From the NCBI GenBank assembly GCA_039802265.1, contig JBDRWI010000036.1, forward strand, positions 1 through 23,618: a stretch of DNA of 23,618 nucleotides, written 5' to 3'. The notes beneath the pieces are model-generated. The model searched no databases. It was not told the origin of the DNA and worked only from the letters and a program-made list of their open reading frames with translations. A program made the position numbers and the translations under genes. The stretch is from a candidate division WOR-3 bacterium. Lineage in GTDB: Bacteria; Hydrothermota; Tepidihabitantia; SM23-42; JAOAFX01. Positions 1 through 7,561 of this stretch are shown here, one piece after another (position 1 is the first letter of the stretch; every line of letters starts with the position of its first letter).

Positions 1-305
1 GCCTTACACCGGGCAATTACTGGATTATTGTGAAGGCATGGGATGCTGCGGGAAATGAGGCCAAGGATAGTATGATGGTTACGGTTCCCGGGCCAACTGT
101 TGAAGAAGGTAAAACGGCGGTCTTTTCAAATAAAATTCCCAGCCACCTAAGAGATATCGGTCAGTTTTTGAAAAGAATTAATGGCAGATTATATGATATA
201 AATGGCAGAGCGGTCAACAATGTATGCTCATTAAATAGCGGCGTCTATTTTATTCTCTATAACAATAATGGACTTTGTTATAAGAAGGTAATAATCGTAA
301 GATAG
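1..305 (+). CDS. 5'-truncated secreted protein: Ig-like domain end plus short T9SS type-A-like C-terminal domain
   Basis: Frame open from nt 3 (LTPGNYWIIVKAWDAAGNEAKDSMMVTV, Ig-like) to TAG 303-305; ends LYDINGR...LNSGVYF...KKVIIVR, a CTD-like tail. The track start at 30 is internal. Confidence 0.75.
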   Translation, partial: LTPGNYWIIVKAWDAAGNEAKDSMMVTVPGPTVEEGKTAVFSNKIPSHLRDIGQFLKRINGRLYDINGRAVNNVCSLNSGVYFILYNNNGLCYKKVIIVR

Positions 306-375
306 CATATAAGGGTTGCTCTCTGAAATCTCAACTCATATAATCTTGAAGAGAAGTTTTGTCATAGTCCTTTTC

Positions 376-486
376 GTCACTACAAGCACCCTAAGGGTGC
401 GTGGCAATCTCATAGAGATTCATCACTTTGTTCGGAATGGCACTCAGTATCAGATTGCTTCGGTTATTTAATTTCCTCACAATGAC
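376..486. repeat. Degenerate palindromic REP/RPE-like element (GTCA...GCAATCT...AGATTGC...CAATGAC type)
   Basis: Imperfect inverted ends gtcactacaag (376-386)/cctcacaatgac (475-486); gcaatct (404-410)/agattgc (452-458); internal hairpins gcaccc-taa-gggtgc (386-400) and aatctc-ata-gagatt (406-420). Confidence 0.6.
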
Positions 487-522
487 ATTACTACACAGCT
501 TCTAAAGAAGCTAAATTCACCA

Positions 523-550
523 TTGACAAATTAAAGATTTTGCTTATAAT
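523..550 (+). promoter_or_regulatory. sigma70-type promoter TTGACA-N16-TATAAT
   Basis: Perfect consensus hexamers at 523-528 and 545-550, upstream of the 793 gene. Confidence 0.8.
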
Positions 551-579
551 ATTTATGATTATAAATAAAGGATAATCTC

Positions 580-720
580 ATGCTTAGAAATTCATCTTTC
601 AGGGGAAAGGACTACTTTACTTTACTTTACTTTACTCAAGATTCTTTTTTAATCCTTCTGGTGAGGCAAATGCGGGCTAATTTGGCCTCGGGTAAGGTGT
701 TTATCTGCCACTCTTTCTGA
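580..720 (+). CDS. Putative 46-aa upstream leader ORF (MLRNSSFRGKDYFTLLYFTQ...ICHSF)
   Basis: ATG 580 preceded by AAAGGA; TGA 718-720; contains the (ACTTT)4 tract and the 5' arm of the leader hairpin. No homology recognised. Confidence 0.35.
   Translation: MLRNSSFRGKDYFTLLYFTQDSFLILLVRQMRANLASGKVFICHSF
614..636 (+). repeat. Pentanucleotide simple sequence repeat (ACTTT)4-ACT
   Basis: Read directly from the sequence. Confidence 0.9.
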
Positions 721-793
721 CGGAGAACCTTAGCCGAGGGGCGAGAATGCCTGAAAATCTTAGCATTTGCTTCTCACGAAAGGAGGATTAAAA
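647..793 (+). promoter_or_regulatory. Long structured 5' leader with anti-Shine-Dalgarno stem
   Basis: TTTTAATCCTTCT (647-659) pairs with AGGAGGATTAAAA (781-793), 13 bp with one G-U; GTGAG-GCAAATGC (661-673) with GCATTTGC-tt-CTCAC (763-777); CCTCGGgTAAGGT (686-698) with ACCTTAgCCGAGG (727-739), 12/13. Confidence 0.7.
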
Positions 794-3708
794 TGAGAGC
801 AATTTCTATAATTCTCTCAATTATTTGGACGGTGATATACGCCTATGGCAATGAGTTTCCGATTTGTATAGCGAATGGAGCGCAATCAAATCCCACAATT
901 GCCTTTGATGGAACGAATTTCTTAGTCGTCTGGCGGGACGGAAGGAATGGGCTCTACGATATTTATGGCACGAGAATTACTCCGCAAGGTCAGGTCCTTG
1001 ACCCTCAAGGCATTCCAATATCTACTGCACCAAACTATCAACTGGCACCAAAGGTAGCGTATGGCAGTAATGAATATCTTGTGGTTTGGCAAGATAGGAG
1101 GAACAGTGCGGACTATCCTGATATTTATGGGGCACGAGTGACTCCTGATGGCATCGTGCTTGACCCAGATGGTATCCCAATCTTTGTTGCCGCTTTGGAA
1201 CAGGGAGGACCAGAAGTGTGCTTTGATGGCACAAAATTCTTGGTAGCATGTGACTATCGGTATAGTACCCTAAACCACTATATAAAAGGGATAATAGTTG
1301 CTCCCGACGGTTCTATAATTAACACTTTTTGGATTTCACCCTCTGATGATGATAATGACCATTACTTCCCTGCTATCTGGGGTGGAACTTCAGGGTGGGA
1401 TGTATACTGGATAATAAATGATGATGGTATCCTGCACAGATGGATAGATGAATCAGGAAGTCAGGGTCCGATATCAATATTTTTTGATTATTTGGGCTAT
1501 TGGGTACAACATCCTGCTGTCTCCGAATGTAATGGAAGGCGCCTTGTAGTATGGCAATCTCTCAATCCTATATCTTCTGTTGATATTTATGGAAAATTTG
1601 TAGGCGGTGAATACTTTCCTATTTCTACAGCACCGGCTTCGCAATTGCATCCAGAGATAGCTACGGGTAATGCTGAGTTTTTAGTTGTCTGGCAAGATTG
1701 GCGACTTCAAGATATATATGGCGCCCGGGTGTCACCTGATGGTAATGTTCTGGAGCAAGATGGAGCACCGATTTGCATTGCACCTGATGAGCAATGTGCT
1801 CCTGTGGTCGGTTTTGCTGAGGGTCATTATCTCGTAGTTTGGCAAGACCATAGGAATGGTCAATGGGATATCTATGGTACCCTTATCAAGAAACCAGGAA
1901 TATTAACCAATGATCCACTGGCATTGGCATATAATGGTAATCGCCATCTCGTAAGGAAACCAAATAGCACCGAACTACACCTTGTCTACACCGATAGTGG
2001 GTATGTAGTTTATTGTTATACACCATATCATCTTGCTTGGTCTAAGGATACAATCATAGGTCAGGGCAAATTTCCGGCAATTGCATTAAGTTCTGATGGC
2101 TTTCCCTCTATATGCTGGACCGATGATGAAGGTGGTTTATGGTATAAAAGGAAAGTCAGCGCAAATCAGTGGAGCGACATTTACCATCTCTATGACCCCT
2201 GGGCATACTGGCAGGCTCGTTTGAATTCACCGCCTTCAATCGCCATTACACCTCATACTACCGGTGATAGTGTTCATATTCTTTGCACGATGCATAGTCC
2301 GGCAAACGGACCGATAAATTGGGTTGGTGAATATGCATTCCGGATTGACCAGCCGTTGTCGGGTTCGTTCTCAGAAATTGAGGGCGGTGCTGGTGCTACG
2401 GCTGGACCGATTCGCTATAATCCATCAATTGCCCGAAGTAGCATAGATAATTCCCTCCATGCAGTCTGGCAGAGGGCTGATACAATCTGCTATGCGACAA
2501 GAGAAATTGGACAGAATTGGCAAAACTGGGGACCACGGTTTGAACAGGATGGTCTCCGCTCCGCCCATCCCTTTGTTGAATGCTATGGTGATATGGTCTA
2601 TGTGGTCTGGGAGCATAAAGTGACACCATGGCTAATGGAGGATGTATATAAAGGATGGACACGCAGTGATATTCAGCCGCCGAATTTCTATTGGGACAAC
2701 CTCAGCCGAACACCAAATACACCATCCCGTTATCCCGTGAATGCCTCGGGTCTATTCACTGTCTTTCAGGATAGTCCATATCCACCGATCAATGGACCTG
2801 AAGTCTATTACAAAGTCCATCCTGAAGACGAGCCTTTTAATATCAGCCAGACAATCCCAGGTTCTTATTATCCACAATCAGTGGCAAGGTTTGTCGGCAC
2901 AAGGACCTATCTCTACACTGCCTGGCAGGATGGCGATAATGTTCCTTATGAGATTAAATTCAAAAAATTGCAATATATCCCAATGGAACTTCCTGCCCCT
3001 GTCTATCTCACTTCAATCAATGGCAATGAAATACCTTCTCCTTATCTTGTTGCCCGTGATAGTTTTATCTCAAACTGGCAGATTCCAGTTGATATTGGTT
3101 ACCAGACGATTACCTATAGATTCCCGCTTGAGCCCGGCTATCGGTATAAAATCAAAGCGGTTGCCTATCATGAAACTTCGGGTCAGTGGCGAGAATGGGT
3201 AAAGATAGACGGTAAATTAAAACATTTAATCAAATACAATGCCTACGAGCCCGAGAGCCTTCAATTCTGGATTCCGCCGGCATTCTATAAGGATGGCAAG
3301 ATTGATGTGGTCTTTGAGCGGATTTCTGGCGACTTTGCAACTGCCGGTTCAATCTACATTTATCAGTATGAATATGAAGAAGAAGCAACAGAACTTGCTT
3401 CTGGTCCAATGGCGCAGGAATCCCATACACTGAACAATATCGGTCTTGCAATCTTTCCCAATCCATTCAGAGACAAATTGAATATCAGATACACGATATC
3501 AGATGCAGGGCAAGGCTTCAGCCTTGCAATAAAAATCTACGATGTTTCTGGAGGGTTAATAAAGCAATTCAACAATCCATCTGAAAAAATCATCTGGGAT
3601 GGCAGAGATGAATATGGTAGAAAGGTTACGCCCGGCGTATACTTCCTGAAAGTTGATAATCCTGATACCAAACAGACATTCACACACAAACTCATAAAAC
3701 TGGAGTAG
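793..3708 (+). CDS. Large secreted repeat protein with T9SS type-A/FlgD-Ig-like CTD (971 aa)
   Basis: SD AGGAGG 781-786; signal peptide; about six ~50-58 aa repeats (AFDGTNFLVVWxDxR...DIYGxRVTPxGxVLDPxGIPI); central beta-rich region; CTD IFPNPF...IKIYDVSG...WDGRDEYG...PGVYFL...KLIKLE. Confidence 0.9.
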   Translation: MRAISIILSIIWTVIYAYGNEFPICIANGAQSNPTIAFDGTNFLVVWRDGRNGLYDIYGTRITPQGQVLDPQGIPISTAPNYQLAPKVAYGSNEYLVVWQDRRNSADYPDIYGARVTPDGIVLDPDGIPIFVAALEQGGPEVCFDGTKFLVACDYRYSTLNHYIKGIIVAPDGSIINTFWISPSDDDNDHYFPAIWGGTSGWDVYWIINDDGILHRWIDESGSQGPISIFFDYLGYWVQHPAVSECNGRRLVVWQSLNPISSVDIYGKFVGGEYFPISTAPASQLHPEIATGNAEFLVVWQDWRLQDIYGARVSPDGNVLEQDGAPICIAPDEQCAPVVGFAEGHYLVVWQDHRNGQWDIYGTLIKKPGILTNDPLALAYNGNRHLVRKPNSTELHLVYTDSGYVVYCYTPYHLAWSKDTIIGQGKFPAIALSSDGFPSICWTDDEGGLWYKRKVSANQWSDIYHLYDPWAYWQARLNSPPSIAITPHTTGDSVHILCTMHSPANGPINWVGEYAFRIDQPLSGSFSEIEGGAGATAGPIRYNPSIARSSIDNSLHAVWQRADTICYATREIGQNWQNWGPRFEQDGLRSAHPFVECYGDMVYVVWEHKVTPWLMEDVYKGWTRSDIQPPNFYWDNLSRTPNTPSRYPVNASGLFTVFQDSPYPPINGPEVYYKVHPEDEPFNISQTIPGSYYPQSVARFVGTRTYLYTAWQDGDNVPYEIKFKKLQYIPMELPAPVYLTSINGNEIPSPYLVARDSFISNWQIPVDIGYQTITYRFPLEPGYRYKIKAVAYHETSGQWREWVKIDGKLKHLIKYNAYEPESLQFWIPPAFYKDGKIDVVFERISGDFATAGSIYIYQYEYEEEATELASGPMAQESHTLNNIGLAIFPNPFRDKLNIRYTISDAGQGFSLAIKIYDVSGGLIKQFNNPSEKIIWDGRDEYGRKVTPGVYFLKVDNPDTKQTFTHKLIKLE
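3510..3527. repeat. REP-like perfect palindrome inside the CTD coding sequence
   Basis: GCAAGGCT-TC-AGCCTTGC, preceded by GCAGG; lies within the stretch encoding AGQGFSLA. Confidence 0.6.
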
Positions 3709-3719
3709 CAGGACAAACT

Positions 3720-3745
3720 GAGGGGGCTCAATAAAGAGCCCCCTC
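3720..3745 (+). promoter_or_regulatory. Intercistronic GC-rich hairpin without U-tract
   Basis: GAGGGGGCTC-aataaa-GAGCCCCCTC, perfect 10-bp stem just before the SD of the next gene. Confidence 0.6.
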
Positions 3746-3758
3746 TGAGGGAGGAGAG

Positions 3759-5522
3759 ATGGGAGGATGGCTCTTATTTTTCGGCTTTTTAATTTCTGGT
3801 TTCGTGCAGAAATGGTATATTCCAAAAGGATTGGATTTTGGAGCGGGAGGAAAAATTTGCAGCAGGGATGTTGACCGAGATGGGCATTATGAACTCATCT
3901 TTGCTACATATGTTGGTGGCGGATATACACTTTATTTCTACAAATATATACCACCCAACACTTGGCAAGTTGATTCGCTTCCGCATCCCAATCACCCACT
4001 TAATTTATGGGATATTGGCGATTTTGATGGTGATGGTCTTTATGATATTGTTACGCAGCGTGGCGAGGCGAAACGTTGGTGGGAGGGTATTTCCATCTTT
4101 GAATCCCCTGATTCCTTTTCCTATCCCACCCAGGAGGTCTGGCGGGATACGGTGGGACAGGGGTTAGTTGTTCCAATCTGTGTTTATGATATTGATAAAG
4201 ATGGAATACCTGAGATTGTTAAGGTACTGGGTGACTACATCCACCTCCATATCTATGAATCTGTAGATGATAATCTTTATGATAAAATCGCAGAAATTAC
4301 AACTTCTGTACCCAATAATTCATCGTCCACTCTCGCCTTCAGTGACTTTGATTCAGATAATCAAAATGAATTTGTCTGGGGTTATTCTGCAGGACAATAC
4401 AGCATTTTTGAGTGCATTGGAAACAATTCTTACCACGAAATCATTTCACAGCAACTCCCCACCCGCAACATCAAAGACTGCTTTACCGTTCCTGATGCCG
4501 ATGGTGATGGGAAGTTAGAGTTTGTGGTAAAGGGATTTGTTTTTGATACAAATCCGTTTAGTGCCTTTATCTTTGAGGCAACAGGTAATAATACCTACGA
4601 GATTGTAAAAACTTTTGTCCTTTCGGGATTAGTTAGCTGGTGGTATGGTGGTGGTTATTCTGATGTGGGCGATGTAGATGGCGATTCTGTACCTGAGATT
4701 GCACTTGAGGCTGATGCCTATGTCTATCTCATCAAATCCTGTGGCGATGATTCTTTTTATCTCTGGGACACATTACCTGGCAATTACAATGGCTCCTGTG
4801 TGCGGGTGACAAATGATTTGGATAATAATGGTTTGAATGAGATTGTAATCTCCGGCGGCAATCAGACCAGAATCTATGAGAAGACGCCTGAGGTCGCCTG
4901 GTTCTGTCCCGAGCCCTATGACACATTCTGGGCAAATGACACGGTCTATCCGCGATGGAGACTTGATGAGACAATTGCCCTTGATTCATTGAGATTATAT
5001 TGGGCACATCCCCAGTTCGGTTGTCATTTGATTTATGAGGGATTACCAGCCGATACAATGTGTTCCTGGGTTGTTCCTGATACCCAGAGTAATATGGGAA
5101 ATAGGCTCTGGCTTGTGGTGAAAGGCAATGGACGTTATGATTCTACATACTCGCCAGTCTTCTATATCAAGCGTGCACCAGGAATTGAAGAGACAGTGAG
5201 ACAAGGAGATTTGGAGACAGGGAGACTGGAGGTTTATCCTAATCCTTTTACTGATAAAGTAACAATTAAATTCCAAATCCGAAGCACGAAATCCAAAACA
5301 AATTCCAGTCTCCAAAATCCAAAACTTGCTACTTTAAAGATCTGCGATGTAACTGGCAGGCTGGTCAGAGACTTTTCGCAGGTAACTCTAAACGGTAAAT
5401 GCTCAACGGTGATCTGGAATGGCATGGATGATTCCGGTTGCAAATTGCCTGTGGGTGTCTATTTTGTGCGGTTAGAGACCGAAGGTTTCAAGAAAGTGGA
5501 AAAGGCAATCCTGTTGCGTTAA
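3759..5522 (+). CDS. Secreted FG-GAP/VCBS-like beta-propeller protein with T9SS type-A/FlgD-Ig-like CTD (587 aa)
   Basis: SD GGAGGAG; hydrophobic N-terminus; seven DxDxDG-type motifs (DVDRDGHYEL, DFDGDGLYDI, DIDKDGIPEI, DFDSDNQNEF, DADGDGKLEF, DVDGDSVPEI, DLDNNGLNEI); CTD VYPNPF...WNGMDDSG...GVYFVRL. Confidence 0.9.
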   Translation: MGGWLLFFGFLISGFVQKWYIPKGLDFGAGGKICSRDVDRDGHYELIFATYVGGGYTLYFYKYIPPNTWQVDSLPHPNHPLNLWDIGDFDGDGLYDIVTQRGEAKRWWEGISIFESPDSFSYPTQEVWRDTVGQGLVVPICVYDIDKDGIPEIVKVLGDYIHLHIYESVDDNLYDKIAEITTSVPNNSSSTLAFSDFDSDNQNEFVWGYSAGQYSIFECIGNNSYHEIISQQLPTRNIKDCFTVPDADGDGKLEFVVKGFVFDTNPFSAFIFEATGNNTYEIVKTFVLSGLVSWWYGGGYSDVGDVDGDSVPEIALEADAYVYLIKSCGDDSFYLWDTLPGNYNGSCVRVTNDLDNNGLNEIVISGGNQTRIYEKTPEVAWFCPEPYDTFWANDTVYPRWRLDETIALDSLRLYWAHPQFGCHLIYEGLPADTMCSWVVPDTQSNMGNRLWLVVKGNGRYDSTYSPVFYIKRAPGIEETVRQGDLETGRLEVYPNPFTDKVTIKFQIRSTKSKTNSSLQNPKLATLKICDVTGRLVRDFSQVTLNGKCSTVIWNGMDDSGCKLPVGVYFVRLETEGFKKVEKAILLR

Positions 5523-5527
5523 TTTTT

Positions 5528-5685
5528 ATCTGTATGCATCTGTTTCATTATCTGTTTGAATCTGTGTGTTGCGTAAGCAACCGAGAAGGCGATTCTATTA
5601 AAATAAGGGTGAAGAGGAGTGAAGAAGGGTTTCCACTTGATTTCCCTTAATTACCCCTCATTACCCTTACCCTTAATAACCCTTC
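5528..5685. repeat. Short degenerate tandem repeats: ATCTGT x4, then an AAGGGT/TTACCC inverted array
   Basis: ATCTGT at 5528, 5538, 5550, 5560; purine-rich aagggtgaag... arm (~5603-5629) followed by complementary ...ttaccc... units (~5641-5685). Confidence 0.6.
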
Positions 5686-5821
5686 TGCTTTGAAAGACTT
5701 ATGGTAACGCGAAAAAGGAATAAAAATGGTGATTAGAAAAAGGGCTGTAAGATTGATTGGTGATTCAAAAAATGCAGATGCATCATTTATGGTGCTTAAA
5801 ATATTATTAAATTTCGTAAGT

Positions 5822-5911
5822 TTTATCCTCCCCCTTGATGGGGGAGGATAAAGGTGGGGGTGAAAGATAAAATACCCCCTCACCCTTGCCCTCTCCCACA
5901 GGGGGAGAGGG
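5822..5911. repeat. Doublet of oppositely oriented CCCTCACCC-CCCTCTCCC-loop-GGGAGAGGG-type palindromic elements
   Basis: 13-bp stem tttatcctccccc-ttgat-gggggaggataaa (5822-5852) with ggtgggggtga tail; second unit ccctcaccc (5877-5885) + ccctctccc-acagg-gggagaggg (5889-5911). Related copy at 20395-20443. Confidence 0.75.
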
Positions 5912-5936
5912 ATTTGATATATCCGAGGAGGTAGCT

Positions 5937-7490
5937 ATGAAGTTCAGGAAGCATTTTATAATAATGTGTATGCTTTTTTCACTTGCAGTTGCCAAGGTGT
6001 TAGAGAATCCTGCCCAAAGGGGATTTGAGATAAAACTACATAATGTTAATCAGGTGGAGATGTGTATTTCTAATTATGGTAAATTTGCCCAGACCGCCGC
6101 AGGAGTTGCTGGACTAATCTGGCCCAAAAACACGGGTCAAACCTATGTCTTTGGTGCAGGACTATGGTTCGGGACAATAGACTCTTTGACCAAAGATACA
6201 CTTGTGACAATTGGATACATCTGCACTGGTGGTGGTGCATCTGAATACTGCCCTGGTCTATCCGGTATGTCTCATCTTGATACATGCGTTAGGATTTATA
6301 TGTATCCTTCCCTATGGCCGCCACCGCAGGCAATATTCCCGATGGCACCCCAAACTCCGGTTTCTAATCAGGATTCCTGGTGTTGTTTTAATGATTCTAA
6401 TCCTGACCAACACATACCTAATGATACAAGACCAATAGGAATTGAGGTCTATCAAACTGTATATTGCTGGACGTTCCCCTGGATTGAAGATGTAATATTC
6501 TTAATCTACGACATAAAAAATGCCTCGCACCATAATCTAAGGGATTGCTATGTTGGGATTGAGGTTGACCCTGATGTTCTGGATTATGATGATGACTATT
6601 GCAGCGCAATATTGAAGCGCACTTACTTTGTAAATGGTGAGTTCTTTGTCGTTGATAATTTTGCCTATGCCTGGGATTATGAAGATTCATATTTTGAGCC
6701 AGGTGCGGTGGGCTTTGACTTTCTACAAACTCCATTTGATTTAGTTCCCGGGCAGGATAAAGACGGGGATGGTATCTTAGACCAGTATGAACGCGATAGT
6801 TCCTATTATGTAACCAATCTTCCACCCCATAGATGGGATGTTGATAATGATGGTGTTCCTGACTGGCGTGATGCCTCAGAGAATCCGCAACTTGGTCTTA
6901 CATCATTTCAGCAATTTCGCCCCTACTATGAGCCCATTGGTGACACAAGCAGGTATAAAAGAATGGCTGGTTATGATTCAAACGGAGTATATAATCCCTA
7001 TGATACTATCATCGGATATCCGGATGATGTTCGTTTCTTAATGGCAAGTGGCCCTTTTTTATTGCCTCAGGATTCGGTCTTGCGGATTGTCCTGGGAATC
7101 GTCCTTGGAGAATATGAGCCTGATAGTCCACCCGGGGAGACCCTTTTTGTCATAAACGACCGCTGGGCACAATGGCAGTATGATATGAACTGGTTTTTGA
7201 GCGTAAAAGAAAGCCAACCCACAAATTCGGGCATTCCAGCACTTCGCATACTGCCGAATCCTGGAAATAGAATCGTTAGAATCTCTTTCTCAATGATGGA
7301 ATCACAATGTGTAGCATTAAAATTATACGATATGCTCGGTCGGATGGTAAAAGTGGTTTTTGAAGGTCATAAGACAAAAGGCGATTATGAACTACAGACT
7401 AATTTAGGAAAAATCCCGCCCGGGACTTATTTCTTGGTGCTCGAGACACCCACTTCGCGAAGTGTGGCAAAATTGGTCATCATACGGTAG
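5937..7490 (+). CDS. Secreted protein with T9SS type-A-like CTD and Ca-binding DxDxDG motifs (517 aa)
   Basis: Start revised to ATG 5937 (SD GAGGAGG; MKFRKHFIIMCMLFSLAVA signal peptide); DKDGDGILDQYE and DVDNDGVPDWRD motifs; CTD ILPNP...LKLYDMLGR...PGTYFL...KLVIIR. Confidence 0.85.
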   Translation: MKFRKHFIIMCMLFSLAVAKVLENPAQRGFEIKLHNVNQVEMCISNYGKFAQTAAGVAGLIWPKNTGQTYVFGAGLWFGTIDSLTKDTLVTIGYICTGGGASEYCPGLSGMSHLDTCVRIYMYPSLWPPPQAIFPMAPQTPVSNQDSWCCFNDSNPDQHIPNDTRPIGIEVYQTVYCWTFPWIEDVIFLIYDIKNASHHNLRDCYVGIEVDPDVLDYDDDYCSAILKRTYFVNGEFFVVDNFAYAWDYEDSYFEPGAVGFDFLQTPFDLVPGQDKDGDGILDQYERDSSYYVTNLPPHRWDVDNDGVPDWRDASENPQLGLTSFQQFRPYYEPIGDTSRYKRMAGYDSNGVYNPYDTIIGYPDDVRFLMASGPFLLPQDSVLRIVLGIVLGEYEPDSPPGETLFVINDRWAQWQYDMNWFLSVKESQPTNSGIPALRILPNPGNRIVRISFSMMESQCVALKLYDMLGRMVKVVFEGHKTKGDYELQTNLGKIPPGTYFLVLETPTSRSVAKLVIIR

Positions 7491-7499
7491 TGTGATTAA

Positions 7500-7560
7500 A
7501 GGTGAGAAGGGACACTGAAGGAATCCAATTTTTTTCAAAGGTGCCCCCTAATTCTCACTT
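7500..7560. terminator. Long imperfect hairpin between convergent genes (possible bidirectional terminator or REP-like remnant)
   Basis: gtgagaa (7502-7508)/ttctcac (7552-7558); gggacac/gtgcccc; tgaaggaa/ttttttca with G-U pairs. Confidence 0.45.
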
Positions 7561-7561
7561 A

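Noticed and set aside
555..575. Leaderless 6-codon mini-ORF MIINKG after the 523 promoter
   Set aside because: Too short to support, and spacing from the -10 is 4 nt rather than the 5 nt of the other leaderless candidates.
718..720. Selenocysteine recoding of the in-frame TGA
   Set aside because: No redox motif context, downstream nucleotides pair with upstream sequence rather than forming a SECIS-like hairpin, and the main gene has its own SD and signal peptide.
661..777. Known riboswitch (c-di-GMP-I, TPP) or tRNA
   Set aside because: GGCAAA is present but the other conserved motifs and architecture are not recognisable; an Rfam search is still warranted.
5528..5911. CRISPR array
   Set aside because: Units are 6-13 nt, degenerate, with no constant repeat plus unique spacers; no cas genes in the window.
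5886..5936. Track start at 5886
   Set aside because: TTG lies inside a palindromic repeat; ATG 5937 has the SD and signal peptide.
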